A stretch of DNA of 64,000 nt from Acidobacteriota bacterium (GTDB taxonomy: Bacteria; Acidobacteriota; UBA890; WLXD01): assembly GCA_965205505.1 (NCBI GenBank), contig CBDBHB010000008.1, positions 832,001 to 896,000 on the forward strand, written 5' to 3'. The notes beneath the pieces were generated by a model. The model did no database searches, had not been told where the DNA came from, and was given only the letters and a program-made list of their open reading frames with translations. The position numbers and the translations under genes are program-made. Each line of letters opens with the position of its first letter. The stretch's first letter is position 1. Below, piece by piece: positions 10,770 to 21,674 of this stretch.

Positions 10770-12044
10770 GTGAATCGATTCGTCGGATGTTTAACGCTAC
10801 TCGTGACGCTCGGATGTAGCCCGTCCGCGCCGCAGCCCATTCCCGGCTACAGGGCGTTCGTCGGCGCCACCCTCATCGACGGAACCGGCGCCGATCCGAC
10901 CCGTAACGCCGTCGTGGTGGCTCGCGACGGTCGCATCGAGGCGGTCGGATCTGCCGAAACGGTCGAGATCCCGGAGCGCGCCGAGATCATCGATCTGTCT
11001 GGTCGCACTGTGATCCCGGGCCTGATCAACGCGCACGGCCACGTCGGGGATACGCTGTGGCTGGAGGGCGGCCATTACTCCGAGGACAACGTACGGGCGC
11101 ATCTCGGCCTGTACGCTCGCTACGGCGTCACGACCGTGCTCAGCTTGGGCGGTGACGGCGCCGAGGGCGTCGACGTACGCGACGCCGAGGGCGTCGACCT
11201 GAGCCACGCGCGGCTTCGAGTTGCCGGCGCCGTGGTTACCGCCGAGTCACCCGATGAGGCCCGGTCGCAAGTACTCGCCAACGCCGAGCTCGGGGTCGAC
11301 TTCATCAAGATCCGCGTCGACGACAACCTCGGCACCAGCGCCAAGATGCCGCCTCAGGTCTACGCCTCGGTCATCGAGGCGGCGCACGCCAACGGGCTTC
11401 CGCTGGCGGCGCACCTTTTCTACCTCGACGACGCCAAGAGCCTGCTCAGGGCCGGGGCCGACTTCATCGCCCACAGTGTGCGCGATGCTGCCGTCGACGA
11501 GGAGCTCATCGGACTGCTGCGTAACACCGGCGTGTGCTACAGCCCGACCCTGACGCGCGAGGTATCGACCTTCGTTTACGAGAGCGAGCCGGAGTTCTTC
11601 ACCGATCCGTTCTTCCTGGCGCACGCCGATACCAGCGTCCTCGATGCGCTACGTACACCCGAACAGCAGCAACGCTATCGCGACAGCTCGACCGCCCCAC
11701 GCTACAAGGAAGCGCTGCGCGTGGCCCAGGCCAACCTCAAGGCACTCGCCGATGCCGGCATCCCGATCGCATTCGGCACCGACAGCGGGCCACCGGCGCG
11801 CTTTCAAGGCTACTTCGAGCACATGGAGACCGAGCTGATGGCCGAGGCGGGGCTGTCGGCGGAGCAGATTCTGCTCTCGGCCACCGGCGTCGCTGCCGCG
11901 TGCGTGGGACTCGACGAAGTAGGCACCATCGAGCCGGGAAAGTGGGCCGATATGGTCGTGCTGACCGGTGATCCGTTGGCAGATATCGCTAACTTGCGCA
12001 CCATCGACTCCGTATGGATCGCGGCGAACCGCGTGGCATCGTAG
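10770..12044 (+). CDS. Amidohydrolase family lipoprotein
   Basis: Lipobox-like TLGC, PGLINAHGH, FGTDSG, GTIEPGKWADMVVL. Confidence 0.88.
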   Translation: MNRFVGCLTLLVTLGCSPSAPQPIPGYRAFVGATLIDGTGADPTRNAVVVARDGRIEAVGSAETVEIPERAEIIDLSGRTVIPGLINAHGHVGDTLWLEGGHYSEDNVRAHLGLYARYGVTTVLSLGGDGAEGVDVRDAEGVDLSHARLRVAGAVVTAESPDEARSQVLANAELGVDFIKIRVDDNLGTSAKMPPQVYASVIEAAHANGLPLAAHLFYLDDAKSLLRAGADFIAHSVRDAAVDEELIGLLRNTGVCYSPTLTREVSTFVYESEPEFFTDPFFLAHADTSVLDALRTPEQQQRYRDSSTAPRYKEALRVAQANLKALADAGIPIAFGTDSGPPARFQGYFEHMETELMAEAGLSAEQILLSATGVAAACVGLDEVGTIEPGKWADMVVLTGDPLADIANLRTIDSVWIAANRVAS

Positions 12045-12147
12045 CGAGTTCGCCGCGAAGCGGAGTTGTATGATCCGAACAAGCTCGTCAACCCGTCTGT
12101 GGGGCCGACTCGGAGAGGAATGATCCTTGCCAAACCTCGGCACAGGA

Positions 12148-13615
12148 ATGCGTTTCGGCGGCGCTTCGACCATCGCGGCCACCGCTGCGTTGCTCGCGGT
12201 GCTGGCCATGGCGCTCCCCGCAAACGCGCGGCAATCCGACGGGGTCCAGCGGATGGCGGGCGCGCGGCTGCGCGCAACGCGGAGCGTCGCTTCGATTCTC
12301 CAGGCCGCGCTTCTTCGCCGGTCGGATCCCGCGGCGGGCGTGGCGTTCCGGGTTGCCCTGCCCGAGCTGCGCCAACCCGCGCTACCCCCGGCCGCGGGTA
12401 AGACCCGCCTCCAGGTGGGGGTTCACCGCGACATCGTAGACACGCGCGCGCGCGCCATCGACGGGGCCGACCTGGAGTGGGAACCAACTGCCGACGGCGG
12501 CTACACAACCACGTTCGCAGTAGCCTCGGCCGGCGCGCGCAGCATCCAGCTGGCGCTGCGCGTCGTCGCCCTACCCGTCGATGCGGAGGTGCGCTTCTTC
12601 AACCCCTCCGATCCAGTGCAGGCGCATGGACCGTTCAAGTCGGATCTCATGGTGCCCTCACCAGAGGCCCGGGCGCGCGCTGACGGCAGCGAGCTGTTCT
12701 GGTCGCCGGTCATCAGCGGCGCCGAGCTGGGGATCGAGATCTTCTTGCCGCGATCGGCACTCCCCGGCGAGTTGCGTTTTGCCATGGTCAAGGTGGCCCA
12801 CCTGATCCACGTCGTCGACACCAAGGATCTATCCGACCTAGGAAATTCCGGCAGCTGTGAGCGCAACATCGCCTGCGACGCCCGCTGGACAACCGCCGCC
12901 GCAAGCGTCGCGAAGATCGTCTTCCAATCCGGTGGCCGCTCGTTCCTGTGTACCGGCCAGCTCATCATCGATAGCGACGTGAACACTGAGCGACTCTGGT
13001 TCCTGACCGCGGCGCATTGCATGGCGAAGGCAACAGAAACCCGGTCGGCGGTGTTGTTCTGGGGGTTCCAACACGCCAGGTGCGCGGGCAACGATATCCC
13101 ATCGGTCGTTCAAACAGCCGGTGGCGGGAAGCTCAAGTTCACCACCAAGGCCAAGGGACGGACGAACGACCACACGCTGATGGAGTTGCGTCAAACGCCG
13201 CCAGACGGAACGACCCTGGCTGGCTGGAGCAGGGAAGACCCCGAAGGAGCTGCTACGTAAGACTGTACAGGGCAGCCACCATCCGTCTGGGGATGCAAAG
13301 AAGAGCAGTATCGGCAAGCTGGCCGGCTTGGACGGCGTGAACTTCACGGCAGAAGGTCTCCTGGTGGTAGAGGGAGACTCACATTTCCGCGTGCGATGGA
13401 AGAACAAGAAGGGCGTGACCGAAGGGGGGAGCAGCGGCTCAGCTCTGTGGTACGGGACAAGATGGCCGCGGCAGTTCGTTATCGGCACGCTCTCCGGTGG
13501 GGCCGCCTCGTGCTTCAACACCGCGGCACCCGATTGGTACGGCAGCTTCGCTCGTACCTACGACGAGTTCGGCAAGTTCCGGCGATTGATCGACCCGGCG
13601 AACAACCGGGAGTGA
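12148..13615 (+). pseudogene. Lysyl-endopeptidase-like (trypsin fold) secreted serine protease, frameshift at about 13240
   Basis: TAAHC in the first frame; HHPSGDAKK and TEGGSSGS in the second. An extra C in a C4 run explains the shift, probably a sequencing indel. Confidence 0.85.
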
Positions 13616-13717
13616 TCCATGGCGGTCTTTTCGAGGGGGGGCTGAAACCGCCCACCGCGCCTCGCCGCTAGACAAGATCCTGCCCCGGTGACGCTCAGGT
13701 AAGCCGACGCAAGGTTG

Positions 13718-13972
13718 CTATGACTGCTCTAGAATCGCCCGCCCGTCGGCGGTCAGGCTGACCGTTTCGCCGAGCTTGCCGTGCTTACCCAACCAGTCCT
13801 CGGTCTGGATCAGGTCCCAGCCCTTCAGGTCCTCGTACCAGCCGACGAGGAAGTCCTGCGAGTGGTGGTCGAAGCCGACGGTGCCGTTCTTGAGGGTGGC
13901 GGTGCACGTGTCGCCGGCCTGGACGACACCAAGCAGAGCGGTATGGCCACGATGGAGTTTTCGTTCAGACAT
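13718..13972 (-). CDS. Small hypothetical protein
   Basis: 84-aa ORF with ATG start and plausible composition, filling an intergenic gap. Confidence 0.5.
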   Translation of the reverse strand: MSERKLHRGHTALLGVVQAGDTCTATLKNGTVGFDHHSQDFLVGWYEDLKGWDLIQTEDWLGKHGKLGETVSLTADGRAILEQS

Positions 13973-14303
13973 TTTCTGCGCCAGAATTCGGGGGATTGTC
14001 TGGGGGCCGGTCCAGCTACCCCGTTATTGGATAGACGCTTGAAACGCCAAGAAGGTTCCCGCAAAAAAAAAACGTTGCGCGAAAGCGAGTTGAGCACCCA
14101 GCTACATCGTAGCAGCAGGCACACTCCGGCGTCTGACTGCTTGGCCTGCTTCCGATAGTGTTGGGTGCGATCTCAGACCCGCAACACGAAGCCGGTTCTG
14201 ACCTGGCTGCCGATCGCGGACCCGCCGCGAGGCCGACAGCCAGTAGCCGGACCAGGCCAGAGGCGCCGCCGTGGCTCATCGGCAGCCGCCAAGGAGAAAC
14301 GCG

Positions 14304-15932
14304 GTGAACGGTTTTGCGCGCATCCCGACCCCAATAAACGAACCCCCCCTCGCCTACTCTCCCGGCTCCGACGAACGAGCTTGCATCAAGACGCGCTTGG
14401 AGCAGATGCTCGGCGAGCGCATCGAGATTCCGGCCATCATCGGCGGAAAGGACGTAACCACGGGCGATACGCTCGATGTCGTGTGTCCTCACGACCACGG
14501 GCACGTGCTGGCAGTCTGTCACCAGGTCGACGAAACCTGCGTCGAACAGGCCATTGAAGCAGCCGCCGACGCTTGGCGAGAATGGTCCGAGATGAGCTGG
14601 GAGTCGCGTGCAGCGGTCTTTCTCAAGGCGGCCGAGCTACTCGCCGGCCCTTGGCGCGACACCATGAATGTCGCCACGATGCTCGGCCAATCGAAGACCG
14701 TTCAGCAAGCAGATATCGAGGCCGCTGCCGAGCTATGCGACTTCTGGCGTTTCAACGCCCACTATCTGGAGAAGATCTACGCAGGGCAGCCTGAGTCGGA
14801 TCGCGGCATGTGGAACTACGTCGAATATCGCCCGCTCGAGGGTTTCGTCTTCGCCGTGTCGCCGTTCAACTTCACCGCCATCGGCGGGAACCTCCCCAGC
14901 GCTCCCGCGCTCATGGGCAACACGGTGCTGTGGAAGCCGGCTTCTAGCTCGTTGCTCTCGAACTACTACACCATGCGCCTGCTGCAGGAAGCTGGGCTGC
15001 CGGACGGCGTAATCAACTTCGTCTCTGGCCGCGGAGCCCGGGTCGGCGACCCGGTCTTCGCGAGCAGCCAGCTGGCTGGTCTGCATTTCACCGGGTCGAC
15101 GGCTACCTTCCAGCGCATGTGGCGGACGATGGCCGACAACCTCGGAACCTACGGCCGCTATCCGCGCATCGTCGGAGAAACGGGCGGCAAGGATTTCGTG
15201 TTCGCCCACCCGTCCGCGGACGTTGCCGCGTTGGTCACCGCGCTGGTGCGTGGCGCGTTCGAGTATCAAGGTCAGAAATGTTCCGCCGCTTCCCGTGCCT
15301 ACATCCCGGCCTCGCTGTGGAGCCAGGTCAAGGAGCTGCTAGTAGACACTGTGGGCGAGCTGCGAATGGGCCCGCCGACAGATTTCAGAAACTTCCTTTG
15401 TGCCGTGATCGACCGCCCAGCATTCGACAGCATCAGCAACTTCATCGACGAGGCCAACGCCAAGCCCGAATACGAAGTCCTGGTCGGTGGGAGCTACGAC
15501 GACTCGCGCGGTTATTTCGTCGAGCCGACAGTGGTCCAGGCGCAAGACGCCGGTGCGCGACTCATGTGCGAGGAGATCTTTGGTCCGGTGCTCACGGTGT
15601 ACGTATACGACGACGCCGACATGGACGAGACCCTCGACCTGTGCGATACGGGTAGTCCCTACGCGTTGACGGGTGCGATCTTCGCGCAGGACCGACGTGA
15701 CATCGTGCGCCTAAGCAAGCGACTCAAGCATGCCGCCGGCAACTTCTATATCAACGACAAGCCAACCGGCGCCGTGGTAGGTCAGCAACCGTTTGGCGGG
15801 GCCCGCGCCTCCGGCACCAACGACAAGGCAGGATCGCCGTCCAACCTCATGCGCTGGGTATCTCAACGCACGGTGAAGGAGACTTTCGTGCCGGCCACTT
15901 CATACGAATACCCGTTCATGGGCGACGACTAG
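14304..15932 (+). CDS. pruA: 1-pyrroline-5-carboxylate (L-glutamate gamma-semialdehyde) dehydrogenase
   Basis: AAGGAG RBS and GTG start; PFNFTAIGGN, GETGGKDF, FEYQGQKCSA, GQQPFGGARASGTNDKAG. Confidence 0.93.
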   Translation: MNGFARIPTPINEPPLAYSPGSDERACIKTRLEQMLGERIEIPAIIGGKDVTTGDTLDVVCPHDHGHVLAVCHQVDETCVEQAIEAAADAWREWSEMSWESRAAVFLKAAELLAGPWRDTMNVATMLGQSKTVQQADIEAAAELCDFWRFNAHYLEKIYAGQPESDRGMWNYVEYRPLEGFVFAVSPFNFTAIGGNLPSAPALMGNTVLWKPASSSLLSNYYTMRLLQEAGLPDGVINFVSGRGARVGDPVFASSQLAGLHFTGSTATFQRMWRTMADNLGTYGRYPRIVGETGGKDFVFAHPSADVAALVTALVRGAFEYQGQKCSAASRAYIPASLWSQVKELLVDTVGELRMGPPTDFRNFLCAVIDRPAFDSISNFIDEANAKPEYEVLVGGSYDDSRGYFVEPTVVQAQDAGARLMCEEIFGPVLTVYVYDDADMDETLDLCDTGSPYALTGAIFAQDRRDIVRLSKRLKHAAGNFYINDKPTGAVVGQQPFGGARASGTNDKAGSPSNLMRWVSQRTVKETFVPATSYEYPFMGDD

Positions 15933-16053
15933 TGGCCTGACTCAGCGCGAATCGGGGCTCGGCGACCAAGCTCGTCCGGGCCGGTCGGGGGCATGCCGCT
16001 AGCCGCAGGGCGATTCCCTGCGGTACGCTATCTGGAGTAGCTTTGCTTATTGT

Positions 16054-17397
16054 TTGCTATCTAAGCACATTCAAATGGTCCGTAAAGTCGGCAACACTCA
16101 TCCAGACCCTTCGTGCCGACGTCGACGTTCTCTGAACGCACGCCGTCTGGGCGTCGCGTTGTCGACGATGCTGTTGATCAGCAGCGCTACGGCGGCGCAA
16201 CCTGAGACTGCCGGGCGCGACGATCGGGACCTGGCGGGGCGCCTGGAGCGCCGGGCAGGCCGCGTGGCACGCGAGCTCAAGCGGCGCCATCTGCCGCATG
16301 GGACCGTCTTCGACCCCGTCTACGCCGGACCCGACTCCAGCGAGATCGTGCGCTACACGCACGCCGGCGACTCGGCGATCTGGACCGGCCATTACCTCGC
16401 CGCGGCCGCTTTCGAGTACGCCGTCACCGGTTCCCGCAAGGCAAAGAGCAAGGTACGTAAGGCCGTCGCCGCGATTCGCGTGCTTCTCGAAGTCACCGGC
16501 AACGAAACTCTGGCGCGAGGGGCCGTTCCATCGGACTCGCCGTGGGTCGAGGCCATCACCGTGGGCGAGGCTCACCAGGGCGTCTTCGAGGGTAGCTACG
16601 ATGGCGTCGACTACCGCTGGGCGGGCACCACGTCACGCGATCAGTACTCCGGGGTGATCTTCGGCCTCGGTTTCGCCTGGGAGCTGGTGCCACTCGACGG
16701 CATCCGCGCTGAGATCCACGAGATCGTCACTCGACTCGTCGACTACCTACGCAACAACGCCTGGACCGTGCAGAACCCGGACGCCAGCATCAGCACGACG
16801 TTCATTGCGCGGCCCGATCAGATGCTGGCGTTCCTCCAGGTGGCGCGCCTAATCCACCCCGAGCGCTTCGAACTGCCCTACGGCGAGGTTCGCGACGCAT
16901 TCGGTAGTTTGGTCGATCTGCCGATCTCTCTCGAGGCCACCGACCTGCACGGCTCGTACTTCAAGTTCAATCTGGATGCCATCAACCTCGCGCACCTGGT
17001 TCGCTTGCAGGAACCGGGCAAATATCTCGATGAGTACCGCGCCGCCTACGACATCCTGCGCGACGCGGTCGGGTCGCACGAGAATGCGCACTTCAACATG
17101 ATCGACCACGTGATCAAGGGCCCCGACACCGCTCGTGACCGCGAAACCAGGCGGCTTCTGAGACAATGGTTGAAGCGCCCACGACGCAACACATCGGTTG
17201 ACCTTGCCGGTACCTACCCGTCGTGCGGAGACAACCTCGCGTGTGGCGTCATCCCGGTAGCCGAGCGTGTGCCCACCGACTTCCTATGGCAACGCGACCC
17301 GTTCTTGCTGTCCGGCGGTGGCGGCGGCGATGTCGGCGCGCCGGGGATCGACCTGCTCTTGCCTTACTGGATGGCGCGCTATTACGGCGTGCTGTGA
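16054..17397 (+). CDS. Hypothetical secreted protein (alpha-helical, glycosidase-like); start uncertain
   Basis: Long ORF with a signal-like segment; DSAIWTGHY, TSRDQYSG, GIDLLLPYWMARY. Confidence 0.7.
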   Translation: MLSKHIQMVRKVGNTHPDPSCRRRRSLNARRLGVALSTMLLISSATAAQPETAGRDDRDLAGRLERRAGRVARELKRRHLPHGTVFDPVYAGPDSSEIVRYTHAGDSAIWTGHYLAAAAFEYAVTGSRKAKSKVRKAVAAIRVLLEVTGNETLARGAVPSDSPWVEAITVGEAHQGVFEGSYDGVDYRWAGTTSRDQYSGVIFGLGFAWELVPLDGIRAEIHEIVTRLVDYLRNNAWTVQNPDASISTTFIARPDQMLAFLQVARLIHPERFELPYGEVRDAFGSLVDLPISLEATDLHGSYFKFNLDAINLAHLVRLQEPGKYLDEYRAAYDILRDAVGSHENAHFNMIDHVIKGPDTARDRETRRLLRQWLKRPRRNTSVDLAGTYPSCGDNLACGVIPVAERVPTDFLWQRDPFLLSGGGGGDVGAPGIDLLLPYWMARYYGVL

Positions 17398-17463
17398 GAC
17401 GCCAGCGCTAAGCGCCTCACTTCCACCGCGGCCTGCTAGCGCCCTGATCACAAGCACGGTGAC

Positions 17464-18042
17464 CTAGTGCTCCTCCGCGGCGAGCGGGTTACCTAGCAAC
17501 AAAGGGTTGCCCAGGAGGAACGTGTCGATATCGATCGGCGCGCCGGACTGCTCGATAAGCCGCCGTTGCAGCCGTGCACGCTTATCGGCGGGCATATCGT
17601 CGGCGTTCTCGTCGGGGAAGAAGGCCTCGCGGATACGGGTCTCGATGATGGCCAGTAGCTGCTGCATGACGATGCCGCTGTAGCGCAACGCTACTCGGCC
17701 GGAGAGGTTGCGGAGCGTCCAGTAACTACGCGCGAAACGCAGGAAAGCTGCCCCCGCCCCAGGATAGGCTCACTCGAGCGATCCACCGAACTCGGCCTCG
17801 AACCGGTCCACCGGAACGAAGGCATGGCCTTCGACGGCAGCGTGAAAGAACCCCTGAAACGCCGAGTCGAGTACCACCGCTATGCGGTGCTCAAGACCCT
17901 CGTCAGCTTCCAGATCGGTGGCGTGTCGCAGCAATAGGTCGTCGTCGCCTTCCTCGCCACGAACCCCTACCCGGGCCAGCAGGCTGAGAATCGCCGCCTC
18001 GCCCTGCTCGAGTTCCCCGATCTTGGTCATCAATACAGACAT
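17464..18042 (-). pseudogene. Hypothetical protein with an in-frame TGA at 17770-17772
   Basis: ORFs 17770..18042 and 17464..17688 share one frame (GGSLE*AYPGAG). No SECIS-like hairpin seen. Confidence 0.55.
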
Positions 18043-18077
18043 CTGTCTGGTATGCTATCGCACTCTGGAGATCAAGT

Positions 18078-18580
18078 ATGGCGCGAACACACTCCGATGG
18101 CGTCGCCTGGGCGACGGGCCCCCGCGGGCGCGGGGTACCGCACAACCCGCCGAACCGCTTCGAGCGCCTGTGGATCGAACCCCTCGAGGCGCCCGCCGAG
18201 CGCGTCGCCACGCTCTACATGCGCGACACCACGCGCAGCATCATCGCGCGCAACAACAGTCCCGACGTGCCGTTCGACGCATCGCTGAAGCCGTATCGCG
18301 GCTGCGAGCACGGTTGCGTGTACTGCTACGCGAGCCCTACCCATGAATACCTCGGTTTCTCGGCCGGACTCGACTTCGAAACCCGTATCCTGGTGAAGGT
18401 CTCGGCGCCCGAGTTGTTGCGCAAGGAACTTGCGTCGGCGCGCTGGCAACCGCAGGTACTGAGTCTCAGCGGCGTCACCGACCCATACCAGCCAATCGAG
18501 CGCCGCCTCGAGCTCACCCGACGCTGCCTCCGGGTGCTGGCAGACTTCCGCAATCCCGTGGCTATCGTCACCAAGAGTCA
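18078..18580 (+). pseudogene. PA0069-family radical SAM protein, N-terminal part
   Basis: GRG..NPPNRFE, PYRGCEHGCVYCYA (CxxxCxxC), GVTDPYQP; similarity ends at IVTKSH. Confidence 0.88.
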
Positions 18581-18993
18581 TCCTCGACAACATCGACCTC
18601 ACGTTCGAGACCTTCGAGATTCCTTCTGAGAAATTCAAGACCGACGCCAATGGATTCGACACCGTTGAGGTCGATCCCTTCGCTTTTGAAGGCGCCGACG
18701 CACTCTTGATCGACCAGGTGTGGCTGGCCTTCGAACAGGGGGATGTCACGGTCTTGATGTCTTCTAGGACGAACCTCGACAACGGGAAGAAGATGGAAGT
18801 TGGCTCGGTTAGCTGCACCAAAGTGCAGGGCTGAGGATGTCTCGGTCCAGATGCCGACGAGGTGGACTATCTGGGTGCTGGGGGTGAGCTTCATGCCAGG
18901 ACGATATCAGTAGGTTGCTCTAGCACGGTGAGCGGGCCCTCTGGCTGCCGGGTTGTGATAGACGCCCTCCAGCGGTACTAAGAGGTCGTGCGA

Positions 18994-19750
18994 TGCGTGA
19001 TCGCCGTGAGTAAGGACGACCTGGCCCGCATCATGGGCGGCAGCGTCAACCCGCAAACAGCGTTCTTGATGGGGCGCATCAAGATCGCCCGCAACTTCAT
19101 GCTGGCAACGAAGCTCGGCGCTCTTGTCTAACGGCGGGTCTGTTCCACCAAGCAGCGCTCAGCTCGCGGCTTCCGTCTTCTCGTCTTGGATCAGCGAAGC
19201 GATCGACTTCCGACCGAACGCCGACGAGATCGAGTCATCGGACTGCTCGGAGTCTTCGTCATCACGATCAGCCGCGGGCAGCCCGTTCACAGCCTCGTCA
19301 TCGTTATTGCCAGAGAACGGCGTGGGCCTCGCCTCGATGATATCGACCGCCTCAGACTCAACAGCTGCCGGCTTGAACGTCGTGGCAACGAGTTCGGGCG
19401 CGACGGCAACAGACTCGGGCCGTGGTGCTCGCAGCGCCTTTGCCAGCGGCGCCACTCCTTCCGCCCGCTGGCCGTTCTTACGGAACGCATCGAGCTCCTC
19501 GACCGCGGCACGCAAGAACGGCAGTACGATGTCCGCCTCATGCTGGGCGAGAATGGCGGACGCGTGGCGGCTTTCCCAGCCTTCGATGGCCTGCTGGAGT
19601 TGCTCCCTTCCTTCGCTCATTTGTCCGTCCCCTCTGGGCACTGATTGAGTGTCCTATGAGTTATCCGTGGCATCCATAAATAAGTATCGCACTGCTAACG
19701 ATAGCCACAAGACTTAAAAGACATTATTAGTCACTATTCATCATAATTGG
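18994..19750. repeat. Diverged direct copy of 30383-31165
   Basis: Colinear match covering the SCP2 3' end, the hypothetical gene and its AT-rich upstream region. Confidence 0.92.
19159..19620 (-). CDS. Hypothetical acidic protein, paralog of 30547..31032
   Basis: Intact ORF MSEGREQLQQAIEGWE...SAFGRKSIASLI. Confidence 0.7.
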   Translation of the reverse strand: MSEGREQLQQAIEGWESRHASAILAQHEADIVLPFLRAAVEELDAFRKNGQRAEGVAPLAKALRAPRPESVAVAPELVATTFKPAAVESEAVDIIEARPTPFSGNNDDEAVNGLPAADRDDEDSEQSDDSISSAFGRKSIASLIQDEKTEAAS

Positions 19751-20153
19751 GCGCTTCTGAAATCCAACGCAGGCCAAAGAAATCGGGGGGCCCTCACACC
19801 TCCCGCGGCGAAACCCCCGCCACCTCAGCAGCCTCCAGCAGAATCGCCAGCTGCTTCTCGTCGATCGCCGTCGGTGTCGTGGCCAGGTTCACCAGCGAGA
19901 GGTCCTGCAGCGTGCGTATGTTGGCGTGCTCAAGAGCCTCTGCAAGCTCCTCAGGCGAACATCCGCTGCGTGAGCGCGTCAGTTTGACGGGCAGGGTAGG
20001 GAAAATGGGGGAACGGGCTTCCCTTGTGCTTTCTGGGAGGACCTCGGAGCGTCTCCGACTTGCCGTCGGTGTAGTAGCGCGTCGACGGCAGCATCTCATC
20101 CGTCGTTGAGTATCTGCCGATCCGCTCCCGGGTCGGAGGCGCTCGGCGGGCAG

Positions 20154-20600
20154 CTATGACACGGTTGCGCAGATGATGTGCAGCGTAAAGGTGATCGTCA
20201 CTGTCGCATCATTGCCGATCAGCATGTGCCACTGGGTGTCGGAGCTAGGTCCGGACGTAACATGAACTTTCTTGTCGTCGGTGCCGATGGCGGGATACGT
20301 GACGCCTCCGCCGAGGGCTTTCTTCCCGGCGCTGCATGCCAGAGTCAACGACCCGGTGCTCTTGTCCGCCAGGACCAAGGCGCTCGTCTTCCGTTCCCAA
20401 CCGGAGACCCCGCCGTCGGCTCCCGCAGCACCCGTGGCACCTGTGGCACCTGTGGCACCCGTAGCTCCTGCCGGGCCCGTAGCTCCTGCGGCTCCCGTGG
20501 CTCCTGCTGGGCCCGTGGCACCCGTGGCACCCGTATCGCCCTGATGGCCCGAAATGGCCGCCAGAAGAGATGGCGGAAGCGCCTGGGAAATCGAACCCAG
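20154..20600 (-). pseudogene. Collagen-like (G-A-T/G-P-A repeat) protein, C-terminal part
   Basis: About 15 consecutive Gly-X-Y triplets, then a C..GKKALGGG...IC head domain; no clear N-terminus. Confidence 0.65.
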
Positions 20601-20985
20601 CTGGGACGCCTCCCGGCGCGCCCCAGCCCACTTGCAGTCCGCGCAGATCGCAGCGGCCTCTGGCGACACGGTGGACCGTTGGGCGGGTCCGTGAGGCCAG
20701 TCGCCGCCGCGGGCCACGAGCCGGCCAACTCGTAGGCGTCACCCTGGACGATCACGCCGACACCCCAAGAACGGCTGCGGCCAATTTGCGGCCAAGCATA
20801 CGCACCCTACGTGAAACCCACGGTGCGTATAGGGTGCAGAATGAGCACCCGGCGCGAGGCCGTTCCCGCAAGCGCTTCACAGCAGCCCAAAAAACGACTG
20901 ATACCGCTTTGATACCGTTTCGCCCCCCTAAAAGGGGTGTTTTGGTGGGTAAATGACCCCGAAAATAGGCCGGTTTTATTGGGAC

Positions 20986-21491
20986 GGGTGTTCGTTTGGT
21001 TCACCACGCTGGACGACGAGCTCTGCGGTGCGATGGAGCCACGCACGTCACTGCCGGCTCGCCGGCTGGAGGTGGTGCACCGCATCGCCACCACCGGCAT
21101 TCCATGCGGAGTCCTGGTCGCGCCGGTGATTCCCGGCCTCACCGACCACGAGATACCGACGATCCTACAAGCGGCGGCCACAGCCGGGGCCACGCAGGCC
21201 GGCTACACGACTCTGCGACTGCCGGGCGCGGTCGCCGATATTTTCGAAACCTGGCTACGGTCGCGGTCTCCTGCCCGGCAAAGGAAAGTTCTGGCCCGCA
21301 TCCGATCGTTGCGCGGTGGCCGCCGGAGCGATTCGCGCTTCGGTGTGCGGATGCAGGGCCAAGGCGCCTTTGCCGAGCAGATCTCGGCGATATTCTCGAC
21401 CGCTTATCGCCGCGTCGGATTGAACCGGGCACGACAATCCCTCTCGATAGCGTCATTTCGACGCTCTGGCCAGCAGAGGCTGCCCCTATAG
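20986..21491 (+). pseudogene. PA0069-family radical SAM protein, C-terminal part
   Basis: TTLDDELCGAMEPRTS...GVLVAPVIPGLTDHEI...LRLPGAV...FGVRMQGQG. Confidence 0.85.
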
Positions 21492-21674
21492 CAGGGTGCT
21501 GAAGAGCTCTGGCGGGTCTCGGATTCCTGAGTCAGGACACTAAACAATGCACTCAGGGCAGTCGGCGCCGTGCAACCCACACCGGCCGCGATGCACAATG
21601 CAGGTTATTCGAGTCTCCTAGTGGCCTGCTCCCCAGAAAACCCTCAGCCAGCCCATCTTTGGTCGGTGATCTTG

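Larger units (their letters stand above)
18581..20985. mobile_element. About 2.4 kb mosaic insertion interrupting the radical SAM gene (decayed island)
   Basis: Separates the two halves of one gene; contains gene fragments, a diverged copy of 30383-31165 and an AT-rich end with repeats. Confidence 0.6.

Noticed and set aside
11152-11198. Short duplication GCCGAGGGCGTCGAC in the amidohydrolase gene
   Set aside because: An in-frame local coding repeat (AEGVD twice) with no sign of a wider system.
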